Part shown: piece after piece, positions 27,201-39,200 of the stretch
How positions within the stretch are numbered: the first letter of the stretch is position 1
Layout of the letters: the number at the start of each line of letters is the position of its first letter
Source: Mobula hypostoma
Lineage: Eukaryota
Length of the DNA stretch: 64,000 nucleotides
Direction: 5' to 3'
Assembly: GCF_963921235.1 (NCBI RefSeq)
Contig: NC_086100.1
Location: forward strand, 198,588,001 to 198,652,000
The notes under the pieces: model-generated
Databases searched by the model: none
What the model was told of the DNA's origin: nothing
Seen by the model: only the letters and a program-made list of their open reading frames with translations
Position numbers and translations under genes: made by a program

Positions 27201-30200
27201 CCCTCGAGCCTCCCTCATCCTCCACCATCAGATCCCTCCTCAACCTCCCCTCGAGCCTCCCCCACCCTCCTCAACCTCCCCTCGAGCCTCCCCCACCCTC
27301 CACTGTCGGATCCCTCCTCAACCTCCCCTCGAGCCTCCCCCACCCTCCTCAACCTCCCCTCGAGCCTCCCTCATCCTCCACCATCAGATCCCTCCTCAAC
27401 CTCCCCTCGAGCCTCCCCCACCCTCCTCAACCTCCCCTCGAGCCTCCCCCACCTCCACCATCAGATCCCTCCTCAACCTCCCCTCCAGCCTCCCCCACCC
27501 TCCTCAACCTCCCCTCGAGCCTCCCCCACCACCATCAGATCTGTTATCAACCTCCCCTCGAGCCTCCCTCATCCTCCACCATCAGATCCCTCCTCAACCT
27601 CCCCTCGAGCCTCCCCCACCCTCCTCAACCTCCCCTCGAGCCTCCCCCACCTCCACCATCAGATCTGTTATCAACCTCCCCTCGAGCCTCCCTCATCCTC
27701 CACCATCAGATCCCTCCTCAACCTCCCCTCCAGCCTCCCCCACCCTCCTCAACCTCCCCTTGAGCCTCCCCCACCCTCCTCAACCTCCCCTCGAGCCTCC
27801 CCCACCTCCACCATCAGATCTGTTATCAACCTCCCCTCAAGCCTCCCCCACCCTCCACCATCACATCCCTCCTCTACCTCCCCTCGAGCTCTCCCTCACC
27901 CTCCACCATCGGATCTGTTATCAACCTTCCCTCAAGCCTCCCCCACCCTCCACCATCAGATCCGTCCTCAACATCCCTCAAGCACTACCCCACTGGTTCC
28001 CTCCTCAACCTCCCCTCACAGTCTGTCAAAGCTCTTAGGTTCTCCCCTCCCTCCTATTGCCCGGAGTTCACCCTTGTCAGCCATGATGGAATGGTGGAGC
28101 AGATTCGATGGGCCAAATGGCCTAATTCTGCTCCTATGTGTTATGGCCTGGTGGTCTTCTCCCACCTAATATCCGGACCTATCTCAGCTCTGACCAGACT
28201 GTGCTCAGGACCTTGGCTTGGGCAGGCAGACCAGGGGAGGGAGGGTGGGTTGGTGTCTGGGTCACGTCTTGGCTCTCGAGCTGTGCCTGGACAAACATCA
28301 CTCTACCTGGATGCATCACAGCCTGGTACGGCCACTGCTCTGACCGTGACCACAAGAACAACCTGGACACAGCTCAGCACACTCCTCATCCGGACAATCC
28401 CTGTCGAATTCTTCCCAATTTCTCTGCTCCGGAGACAATCCCAACCTCCCCGCTCTCCTCTCCACGTAACTGAACTACCTTTGTTCCCGGTCCAAGGTCT
28501 TGTTATTGCCGTTACAACACAGAACAGAACAGCAGAGAAACAGGCCAGCCGTGATGCCCCAGAAAGCGACGCAGCTTCTTGTTAGATCAACTGCTCTGCC
28601 ACGTCTGCATGAAACTGCAGAGAGTTGGGGATGCAGAAACCGGCCTCCTGTCCATGGACTTCCCTTGCTGTCCCGGTAAAGCAGCCAGAATAATCCCAGA
28701 CTCCAACCGCCCTGGGCGTTCTCTCTTGTCCCCCTCCCATTGGGCAGAAGATGCACCTAGCACCAGGCTCCGCACTGTCTCTGACGCGCTGTTATAAGAC
28801 TATTGAATGGTCCCCCGGTAGAATAAGACGGACTCTTGACCCGCACTCTCTCTATAACCGCAACGCGTTGTTCTGCGTTCTGTTACTGCTTTCCCTTGCA
28901 CTATCTCAATGCACCGTGTAATGAAACGATCTATATGTATGGAGCACAATGTTTTTCATGATACCCCAATTCGTGTGACAATAATAAACCGATTTACTGA
29001 CGTTCTCTACAGGCCGTTGGCAGAGTTACTGCGAAGACGACAGAAGGATGGGCAGAAGAAAGTGGATGGTCAGTGACATTTGGATCTGTGTTGCCATTTC
29101 CCATACCACCGGCAGGCTCCCGAGACAGGGGACATCAGAAAACACGAACTCGAGACTCTGCAGATGCTATAACACACACAAAACGCTGGATGGACTCAGG
29201 AGGTCGGGGAATAAGCAGTCAATGTTTCGGGGCGAGACGCTTCATCAGGACTGGGAAGCCAGAATACAAAGGTGGGGGGAGGGGATGGAGTACAGGTAAT
29301 AGGTGAGACCAGCTGAGGGGAAGGTGATGGGGAGGAGTACAGGTGATAGGTCAGACCAGGAGAGGGGGAAGATGGTGAATCTGTGGAATTCATGGCCACA
29401 GACAGTTGTGGAGGCCAAGTCATTGGGGATATTTAAAGCAGAGGTTGATAGATTCTTGATTAGTCAGGGCATCAAAGGTTACGGGGAGAAGGCAGGAGAA
29501 TGGGGCCGAGAGGGAAAATAAATCAGCCTTGATGGACGGATGAAGCAGACTCGATGGACAGAATGGCCTAATTCTGTTACCATGTCGAATGTTTGTATGG
29601 ACCTTTGGATTCTCACCACCCTCCACCTCAGTCATCTCAGGAGACTCAACCCCAACAGAGCAGAGACATGGAGTGACAAGCTCGTGGTTCCCTGAAGATG
29701 GTGTCACAGGGAGACAGGGTGGAGAAGAAGGCAGCTTCCTGGAAAAGCACCTCCCTGAAGCTCCCACATCCTTCCTATAATGAGGTGACCAGAACTGAAC
29801 ACCATACTCCAAGCCAGCCTTGCCGAAGGGTCTCAGCCAGAAACATTGACTGTACTCTTTTCCATAGATGCTGCCTGGCCTGCTGAGTTCCTCCAGCGTT
29901 CTGTGTGTGTGCTGCCCAATATTCCAAGTCAGGGCCAGATGCAGGATCTCATACGACGAATATCCGTTTCCCACTCACTGATGCTGCTCGACTCGCTGAG
30001 TTCCTCCAACAGGTTGTGTGTTGCTCCATGTTCCAGAGTCTGCTGTCTCTCCTGTGTCTCCTCTAGACATCAGCCGTCCTGCAGTCCTGGTTAATATTCA
30101 TCCCACTGGTACTAACACCTGCTGTCCTGGTTAATACTGATCCCACTGGTTAATACTCATCCCACTGGTTAATATTCATCTCACTGGTACTAACACCTGC

Positions 30201-33200
30201 TGTCCTGGTTAATACTGATCCCACTGGTTAATACTCATCCCACTGGTTAATATTCATCTCACTGGTACTAACACCTGCTGTCCTGGTTAATACTGATCCC
30301 ACTGGTTAATACTCATCCCACTGGTTAATATTCATCCCACTGGTACTAACACCTGCTGTCCTGGGTAATACTGATCCCACTGGTTAATATTCATCCCACT
30401 GGTACTAACACCTGCTGTCCTGGTTAATACTCATCCCACTGGTTAATACTCATCCCACTGGTACTAACGCCTGCTGTCCTGGGTAATACTGATCCCACTG
30501 GTTAATACTCATCCCACTGGTACTAACACCTGCTGTCCTGGGTAATACTCATCCTGCAGGTACTCACACCACTCGTCCAGTCACTACGTTACTGTTTGTT
30601 CCTCGATGCTTCAGCCAGAATCCATTCACAGTTGCATAGGTTGTGAAGTCGTCGTGGGAGTTAGAGGTTTAAAGATTAAAGATTAGCTTTACTTGCCATA
30701 TTTGCACCAAAACCTACACTGAAATGTCAGGGTGGAGGAGCAGCACCTTAGATTCCAATTGTGTGGCCTCCAAATGATGGTATGAAGCAACACACATCAA
30801 AGTTGCTGGTGAACGCAGCAAGCCAGGCAGCATCTCTAGGAAGAGGTGCAGTCGACGTTTCAGGCCAAGACCCTTCGTCAGGACTAACTGAAGGAAGAGT
30901 GAGTAAGGGATTTGAAAGTTGGAGGGGGAGGGGGAGATCCAAAATGATAGGAGAAGACAGGAGGGGGAGGGATGGAGCCAAGAGCTGGACAGGTGATTGG
31001 CAAAAGGGGATACGAGAGGATCATGGGACAGGAGGTCCGGGAAGAAAGACGGAGGGGGGGGTGACCCAGAGGATGGGCAAGAGGTATATTCAGAGGGACA
31101 GAGGGAGAAAAAGGAGAGTGAGAGAAAGAATGTGTGCATAAAAAAGAGTAACAGATGGGGTACGAGGGGGAGGTGGGGCCTAGCGGAAGTTAGAGAAGTC
31201 GATGTTCATGCCATCAGGTTGGAGGCTACCCAGACAGAATATAAGGTGTTGTTCCTCCAACCTGAGTGTGGCTTCATCTTTACAGTAGAGGAGGCCGTGG
31301 ATAGACATGTCAGAATGGGAATGGGATGTGGAATTAAAATGTGTGGCCACTGGGAGATCCTGCTTTCTCTGTTTTGCTGAACACCTACGCTCTGTCTGCC
31401 AGAGAAAGCAGGATCTCCCAGTGGCCACACATTTTAATTCCACATCCCATTCCCATTCTGACATGTCTATCCACGGCCTCCTCTACTGTAAAGATGAAGC
31501 CACACTCAGGTTGGAGGAACAACACCTTATATTCCGTCTGGGTAGCCTCCAACCTGATGGCATGAACATCGACTTCTCTAACTTCCGCTAAGGCCCCACC
31601 TCCCCCTCGTACCCCATCTATTACTTATTTTTATACACACATTCTTTCTCTCACTCTCCTTTTTCTCCCTCTGTCCCTCTGAATATACCCCTTGCCCATC
31701 CTCTGGGTTCCCCCCCTCCTTGTCTTTCTTCCCGGACCTCCTGTCCCATGATCCTCTCGTATCCCCTTTTGCCTATCACCTGTCCAGCTCTTGGCTCCAT
31801 CCCTCCCCCTCCTGTCTTCTCCTATCATTTTGGATCTCCCCCTCCCCCTCCAACTTTCAAATCCCTTACTCACTCTTCCTTCAGTCAGTCCTGAAGAAGG
31901 GTCTCGGCCTGTAACGTCGACTGCACCTCTTCCTAGAGATGCTGCCCGGCCTGCTGCGTTCACCAGCAACTTTTATGTGTGTTGCTTGAATTTCCAGCAT
32001 CTGCAGAATTCCTGTTGTGATGGTATGAATATTGATTTCTCCTCCCGGTAAATTTCCCTCCCCCTCCCCTCCCCTCCCCATTATGACTTTTTACCTCTCC
32101 TCATCTGTCTATCACCTCCCCCTGGGTCGTCTCCTCCTTCCTTTTATCCTATGGTCCACTCTCCTCTCCTGTCAGATTCCTTCTTCTCCAGCCCTTCACC
32201 TTTCACCTCCCAGCTAGCCTCCCCCCACCCTTTTATTCTGGCATCTTCCCCCTTCCTTTCCAGTCCCGAAGAAGGGTCTCGGCCCAGAACGTTGACTGTC
32301 TCTTCATTGCCACAGATGCTGCCTGACCGCAGAGATCCTCCAGCATTTTGTTTGTGTTGCAGTGAAGTGTGTCGTTTGCTTCAACAACCAGCACAGGCCG
32401 AGGATGTGCTGGGGGCAGCCCACAAGTGTTGCCATGCTTCTGTCACCAACATAGCGTCCTGAAAACGTGCTGACCCTAACCGTATATCTTTAGACTGTGG
32501 GAAGGTACTGGAAGGCGCACACAGTCACAGGGCAGAACGTATAACCTCCATATAGAAAGTGGTGGGAATTGAACCCAGGTTGCTGGTGTCAGAATAATGT
32601 CGCACTAACCGTGGTAAGTCTGGATTTAGTCCTTGTGATGCCTCATTGACCCCAACTCCACCTCTGTCGGCAGGTTCGGGCAATCTCTCTGATATCAAGG
32701 GCAGGGCCGTGAACGAGATGATGGAGAGAATCAAAAGTGGAGTGGTCCTCAAGCCCACAAAGAGGAAGACAGAGGTATGACAGAAACCGCAAGTGTCATG
32801 GGAGGCCACTGTGCCCATCCACGTCCGTCCTAGCTCTTTCACAGGGCCCTAGTCCTTTCCCAGAGTCATAGAATTGTGAAACAGTGCAGCACAGAAGCCC
32901 TTTGGCCCATCGGGTCAATGCTGAACTATTAACCTGCTGAGTCCCATTGACCCTCACTACTGAGACCACAGGCCTCCATACTCCTCCCGTCCGTGCACCT
33001 GGCCAAATTTCCCCAAACTGTTGAATTCAAACCCACATCTATCACTTGCATTGGCAGACTCTCACCACCCTCTGAGTGAAGAAGCCATCCTTCATGTTCC
33101 CCTTAAACATTTCACCTTTCACCCTTCACCCTTAACCCATGACCTGCCAAAATTTCCCTGATTAATCTCTTCAGAAGCACTTCCGTGGATTCTGATTTCA

Positions 33201-36200
33201 CGGACCGTGCAGGAGCAGCAGCCCCCTGATCGGGGACTGGCAAGGAGGCCATTCGGCCCATCAGACCTGCCGCCGTTCAGCACGCTCATGGCTAATCTGC
33301 CCCAGAGTTAGAAGGAGAATCGGGTTTATTGTTGGGGAACCCGGGACAAGGATGCTGCCAGGCATTACAGTGCAATGCTACCCTGCAATGAAGATGGTAC
33401 CAATACGTGGTGAGTCTCTGTGAGCAGCTCTGGGAATCGCCAGGCATTCCCATTAGGCACAGCCAACAAACTTCTGAATGCACTGTGAACCCGTGAATAT
33501 TACCTCACTATCTTTCCTCTCTTTGCACTACTAATTAAATTTAATTCTTTATGTATACTTTTGATTGTAATTTATCGTTTTTTATGGTATTGCACTGCTG
33601 CAACAAAACAACGAATGTCATGACGTGCCGGGGATATGAACCCTGGTCCCGGTTCTGATAGGGCTGCGACCGGCTCTCTGGCCCGGCTGACCAGTCTCTT
33701 CTGCTTCCATCCCCGCATGCAGATCACGGACACAAAGCCTTCCGACACGGACAGCAAGGGGTCAGCCGTGGTGGAACTCCAAGGAATTCTGGTAGGTGAT
33801 CCACGGGGAAGAGGTGGGGCCAGTGCTGGGTCAGAGGGTGAGGGGGCAGGGGGTGAATGGAGAGGGGTCAGAGGGTGAGGAGGCAGGGGCCAAATGGAAA
33901 GGGATCAGAGGGTGAGGGAGCAGGGGGTGAATGGAGAGGGGTCAAAGGGTGAAGAGCAGGTGGTGAATGGAGAGGGGACAGAGGGTGAGGGGCAGGGGGT
34001 GAATGGAGAGGGGACCCCCCCCCTCCAGAGACAGGCAGGTCACACACCCTATGTGCGCCCCACCATGGGCACCATCCTGACAGAGGGTAGTGCAAATCAT
34101 TGGGTGCTGGCAGAGAATGTGATCAACTGCGTCAGAGGAAGTGGGGGAGAGGTTGCCATGGTCTTGATCAAAGGTCAAAGTGTACAGTTAATTAATTATC
34201 AAAGGACATTCAGTATATGTCTCCAAGTATTTACAGGGATGTTGCCAGAAATGGAGGACCAAAGTGAAAAGGCAAGATTAAATAGGTTAGGACTTTATTC
34301 CTTGGAACATAAAAGATTGAGAGGAGATTTGATGGAGGTATACAAAATTATGAGGGGTGTAGACTGGGTAAATGCAAGCAGGCTTTTTCCCACTAAATTT
34401 GGCTACAACTCGAGGTCATGGGTTAAGGGTGAAGGGTGAAATGTTTAAGGGGAGCACGAGGGAGAACTTCTTCATTCCAATGACATGGGTAGGAAAAGGG
34501 AGGAGATCCTGAAAACAGACAATAGGGAGTTAGGAAGGAAGTTGAGAAGCAGGACCTCAGAGGTAGTAATCTCGGGATTACTGCCTGTGCCATGCAACAG
34601 TGAGTATAGGAATAGAGTGAGGTGGAGGATAAATGCGTGGCTGAGGGATTGGAGCAGGGGGCAGGGATTCAGATTTCTGGATCACTGGGATCTCCTTTAG
34701 GGCAGGTGTGACCTGTACAAAAAGGACGGGTTGCACTTGAATCCCAGGGGGACCAATGTCCTGGCGGGGAGGTTTGCTAAGGCTATTGGGGAAAGTTTAA
34801 ACTAGAATCGCTGGGGGGTGGGATTTGAACTGAAGAGACAGAGGAAGGGGTGGTTGACTCACAAATAGAGAGAGCTTGTAGACAGTGCGAAGGGGAGGAT
34901 AGGCAGGTGATAGAGACGGGATGCGCTCAGACCAATGGTTTGAGGTGTGTCTATTTTAATGCAAGGAGTATTACGAACAAAGCAGATGAGCTTAGAGCGT
35001 GAATCAGTACTTGGAGCTGTGATGTTGTGGGCATTACAGAGACTTGGATAGCTCAGGGACAGGAATGGTTACTTCAAGTGCCAGGTTTTACATATTTCAG
35101 AAAGGACAGGGAGGGAGGCAAAAGAGGTGGGGGCGTGGCACTGTTGATCAGAGATAGTGTCACGGCTGCAGAAAAGGAGGAAGACATGGAGGGATTGTTT
35201 ACTGAATCTCTGTGGGTGGAAGTTAGGAATAGGAAGGTGTCAATAACGCTACTGGGTGTTTTTTATAGACCACCCAATATAACAGGGACATCAAGGAGCA
35301 GATAGGGAGACAGATTCTGGAAAAGTGTAATAATAACAGGGTTGTTGTGATGGGAGATTTTAATTTCCCAAATATTGATTGGTATCTCCTTAGAGCAAGG
35401 GGTTTAGATGGGGTGGAGTTTGTTAGGTGTGTTCAGGAAGGTTTCTTGACACAATATGAAGATAAGCCTACAAGAGGAGAGGCTGTACTCAATCTGGTAT
35501 TGGGAAATGAACCTGGTCAGGTGTCAGGTCTCTTAGTGGGAGAGCATTTTAGAGATAGTGATCACAATTCTATCTCCTTTACCATATCATTGGAGAGGGA
35601 TAGGAACAGACAATTAGGAAAGTGTTTAATTGGAGTAAGGGGAAGTATGAGGCTATCAGGCAGGAACTTGGAAGCATAAATTGGGAACAGATGTTCTCAG
35701 GGGAAAGTACGGAAGAAGTGTGGCAAATGTTCAGGGGATATTTGCTTGGCGTTTTGCACAGGTACGTTCCAATGAGACAGGAAGGATGGTAGGGTACAGG
35801 AACCATGGTGTACAAAGGTTGTTGAAAATCTAGTCAAGAGAAAAAGAAAAGTTTATGAAAGTTTAAAAAAACCAGGTAATGATAGAGATCTGGAAGATTA
35901 CAAGGCTAGCACGAAGGAGCTTAAGAAGGAAATTAGGAGAGCCAGAAGGGGCCATGAGAAGGCCTTGGCGGGCAGGATTAAGGAAAGCCCCAAGGTATTC
36001 TACAAGTATATGAAGAGCAAAAGGATAAGATGTGAGAGAATAGGACCAATCAAGTGTGACAGTGGGAAAGTGTGTATGGAACCGAAAGAGATAGCAGCGG
36101 TATTTAATGAATACTTTGCTTCAGTATTCACTACGAAAAAGGATCTTGGTGATCCTGCAGATGCTGGAAATTCAAGCAACACACATCAAAGTTTGATGTG

Positions 36201-39200
36201 TGTTGGTGATTGTAGGGATGACTTACAGCGGATTGAAAAGGTTGAGCATATTGATATTAAGAAAGAGAATGTGCTTGAGCTTTTGGAAAGCACCAAGTTG
36301 GATAAGTCACTGGAACCGGACGAGATGTACCCCAGGCTACTGTAGGAGGTGAGAGAAGAGATTGCTGAGCCTCTGGTGATGATCTTTGCATTATCAATGG
36401 GGATGGGAGAGGTTACGGCGGATTGGAGGGTTGCAGTTGTTCCCTTATTCAATGAAGGGAGTAGAGATAGCCCAGGAAATTATAGACCAATGAGTCTTAC
36501 CTCAGTGGTTGGTAAGTTGATGGAAAAGATCCTGAGAGGCAGAATTAATGAACATTTGAAGAGGCATAATATGATTAGGAATAGTCAACATGGCTTTGTC
36601 AAAGGCAGGTCATGCCTTACGAGCCTGATTGAATTTTTTGAGGGTGTGACTAAACATCTGGCTGAAGGAAGAGCAGTAGATGTAGTGTATATCGATTTCA
36701 GCAAGGCATTTGATAAGGTACTCCATGCAAGGCTTATTGAGAAAGTAAGGAGGCTTTAGATCCAAGGGAACATTGCTTTGTGGATTCAGAAGTCAAAGAG
36801 TGATTATAGATGGGTCATATTCTGCATGGAGGTTGGTGACCAGTGGTGTGCCTGAGGGATCTGTTCTAGGACCCCTTCTTTTCACGATTTTTATAAATGA
36901 CCTGGATGAGGAAGTGGAGAGATGGGTTAGTAAATTTGCTGATGACACAAGGGTTGGGGTGTTGTGGATAGTGTGAATGGCTGTCAGAGGTTATAGCGGG
37001 ACATTGATAGGATGCAAAACTGGACTGAGAAGTGGCAGATGGAGTTCAACCCAGATAAATGTGAGGTGGTTCATTTTGGTAGATCAAATATGAATGCAGA
37101 ATGTAGTATTACTGGTAAGACTCTTGGCAGTGTGGAAGATCAGAGGGATCTTGCTGTCCGAGTCCATAGGACACTTAAAGCTGCTACGCGAGTCAACTCT
37201 GTGGTTAAGAAGGCATACGGTGCATTGGCCTTCATCAACCGTGGGATTGAGTTTAGGAGCCGAGAGGTAATGTTGCAGTTATATAGGACCCTAGTCAGAT
37301 CCCACTTGGAGTACTGTGCTCAGTTCCGGTTGCCTCACTACAGGAAGGATGTGGAAACCATAGAAAGGATGCAGAAGAGATTTACAAGGATGTTGCCTGG
37401 ATTGGAGAACATGCCTTATGAGAATAGGTTGAGTGAACTCGGCCTTTTCTCCTTAGAGTGACGGAGGATGAGAGATGACCTGATAGAGGTGTATAAGATG
37501 ATGAGAGTCATTGATCGTGTGGATAGTCAGGGATTTTTTCCTGGCTGAGATGGCTAACACAAGATGGCACAATTTTAAGGTGCTTGGAAGTAGATACAGA
37601 GGAGATGTCAGGGGTAATTTTTTTACTCAGAGAGTGGTGAGTGTGTGGAATGGGCTGCCAGCAACAGTGGTGGAGGCGGATACGATAGCGTCTTTTAAGA
37701 GACACCTGGACAGGTATATGGAGCTTAGAAAAATAGAGGGCTATAGGTAACCCTCGGTAATTTCTAAAGTAAGGACATGTTTGGCACAGCTTTCTGGGCT
37801 GGAGGGCCTGTATTGTGCTGTAGGTTTCCTCTGGTTTTATGTTTCTATGATACAGACTAGGTGGGCCAAATGGTCTGTTTCTGTGCTGTCTTTTTCTATA
37901 ACTCTGACAGTATACTACCCTGAGATTCTTTCACAGTCAATACAAAGAAACACAATAGAATCAATGCATTCATTCGGAGGTCTCTCTCCATCCAGCAACA
38001 GGGCAGAGGACTGGTTGGTGAGATGCTGGGAAAGGGAGTCCTGTAGAACAGAGGAAGCTCGAAGCACAAGTACATGGTTCCCTGATGGGTAGACAGACTG
38101 GTGAAGGAGGCTTGTGACACACAGTCAGGGCACTGAGTATAGGAACTGAGACATTTTGTTGCAGTTGTATGAGATGTTGCTGAAGCCACCCTTGGAGTAT
38201 TGTGAAGCATTTCGGTCACCCTGTTACAGGAAAGATATCATCTTTCTGCTTGCACCTACCCTACCCATACTCCTCATGAATTTGTGTACTGTACCTCTCT
38301 CAGATCACCCTCATTCTCTTATGTTTCAGGGAATTAAGTGCTAACCTAATCAATCTTTCCCTATAACTCAGGTCCTCAAGTCCCACCAACATCCTTGTAA
38401 ATTTTCTCTGTACTTTTTCAATCTTATTGACATCTTTCCTGTAGGTAGGTGACCAAAGCTGTACACAATACTCCAAATTAGCCTCAGCAACCTCTTATAC
38501 AACTTTAACGTGACATCCCATCTCCGGTACTCAATACTATACTATTCTATAGATTTATTGAAAATAAATAGGCACGTGGCCAAGTGGTTAGGGCGTTGGG
38601 CTCACGATCTGAAGGTCGTGGGTTCAAGTCTTGGCCAAGGCAGTGTGTTGTGTCTTTGAGCAAGGAACTTAACCACACACTGCTCCAGTCCACCCAGCTG
38701 AAAATGGTTACCGGCAAATGCTGGGGGTTAACCTCGCGATAGACTGGCATCCCATCTGGGGGGAGCCTCGTATTCTCAGTCGCTTCACACACAGAAACCA
38801 GCATAAGCACCGGCCTGATGGGCCACAAGGCTCGGGACAGACTTTGACTTTGATATGCTGACATATATGTACTTTGATAATAAATTCACTTTGACTCTGA
38901 AGCCCCATGTGCTGAACGGTTTCTGTACAACCCTGTGCCTGTGACACCATTTTCACATTATGGACCTGTATTTCCCTTTGTTCCACCTCACTCCTCTCAG
39001 CCCTACCATTCACCATGTAATTTCTACCCTGGTTTGTCCTCCCAAAGTTCAACACCTCACACTTGTCTGCATTAATTAAATTAGAGTAATTAAACCAATC
39101 CAAAATTAGACACAATAAGTCAGGTATGAAATGAGGGGAAAGTTGGAACACACACATCTGGTTCAGTCATGCCTTGAGGGGAGGGATTCTGCCGCATTCT

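Larger units (their letters stand above)
30785..32017. mobile_element. Young Penelope-like retroelement 3' fragment with an inverted duplication (about 590-bp arms), nested in an older Penelope copy
   Basis: Arms 30785-31371 and 31400-31987 are near reverse complements. They encode the GIY-YIG C-terminus (FAEHLRSV..LPVATHFN..LRLEEQHLIFRLGSLQPDGMNIDF). TSD tgatggtatgaa at 30775-30786 and 32018-32029. Confidence 0.85.

Noticed and set aside
25973..28038. 596- and 605-aa Pro/Ser-rich ORFs (extensin/formin-like)
   Set aside because: Open in several frames because the C-rich minisatellite lacks stop codons; intronic, with no splice or homology support.
30087..30555. CRISPR-like alternation of short units
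   Set aside because: The 'spacers' are identical repeats rather than unique sequences; vertebrate context with no cas genes.
38571..38645. tRNA gene
   Set aside because: tRNA-like A/B boxes continue into a SINE body and tandem tail; the acceptor stem is incomplete.
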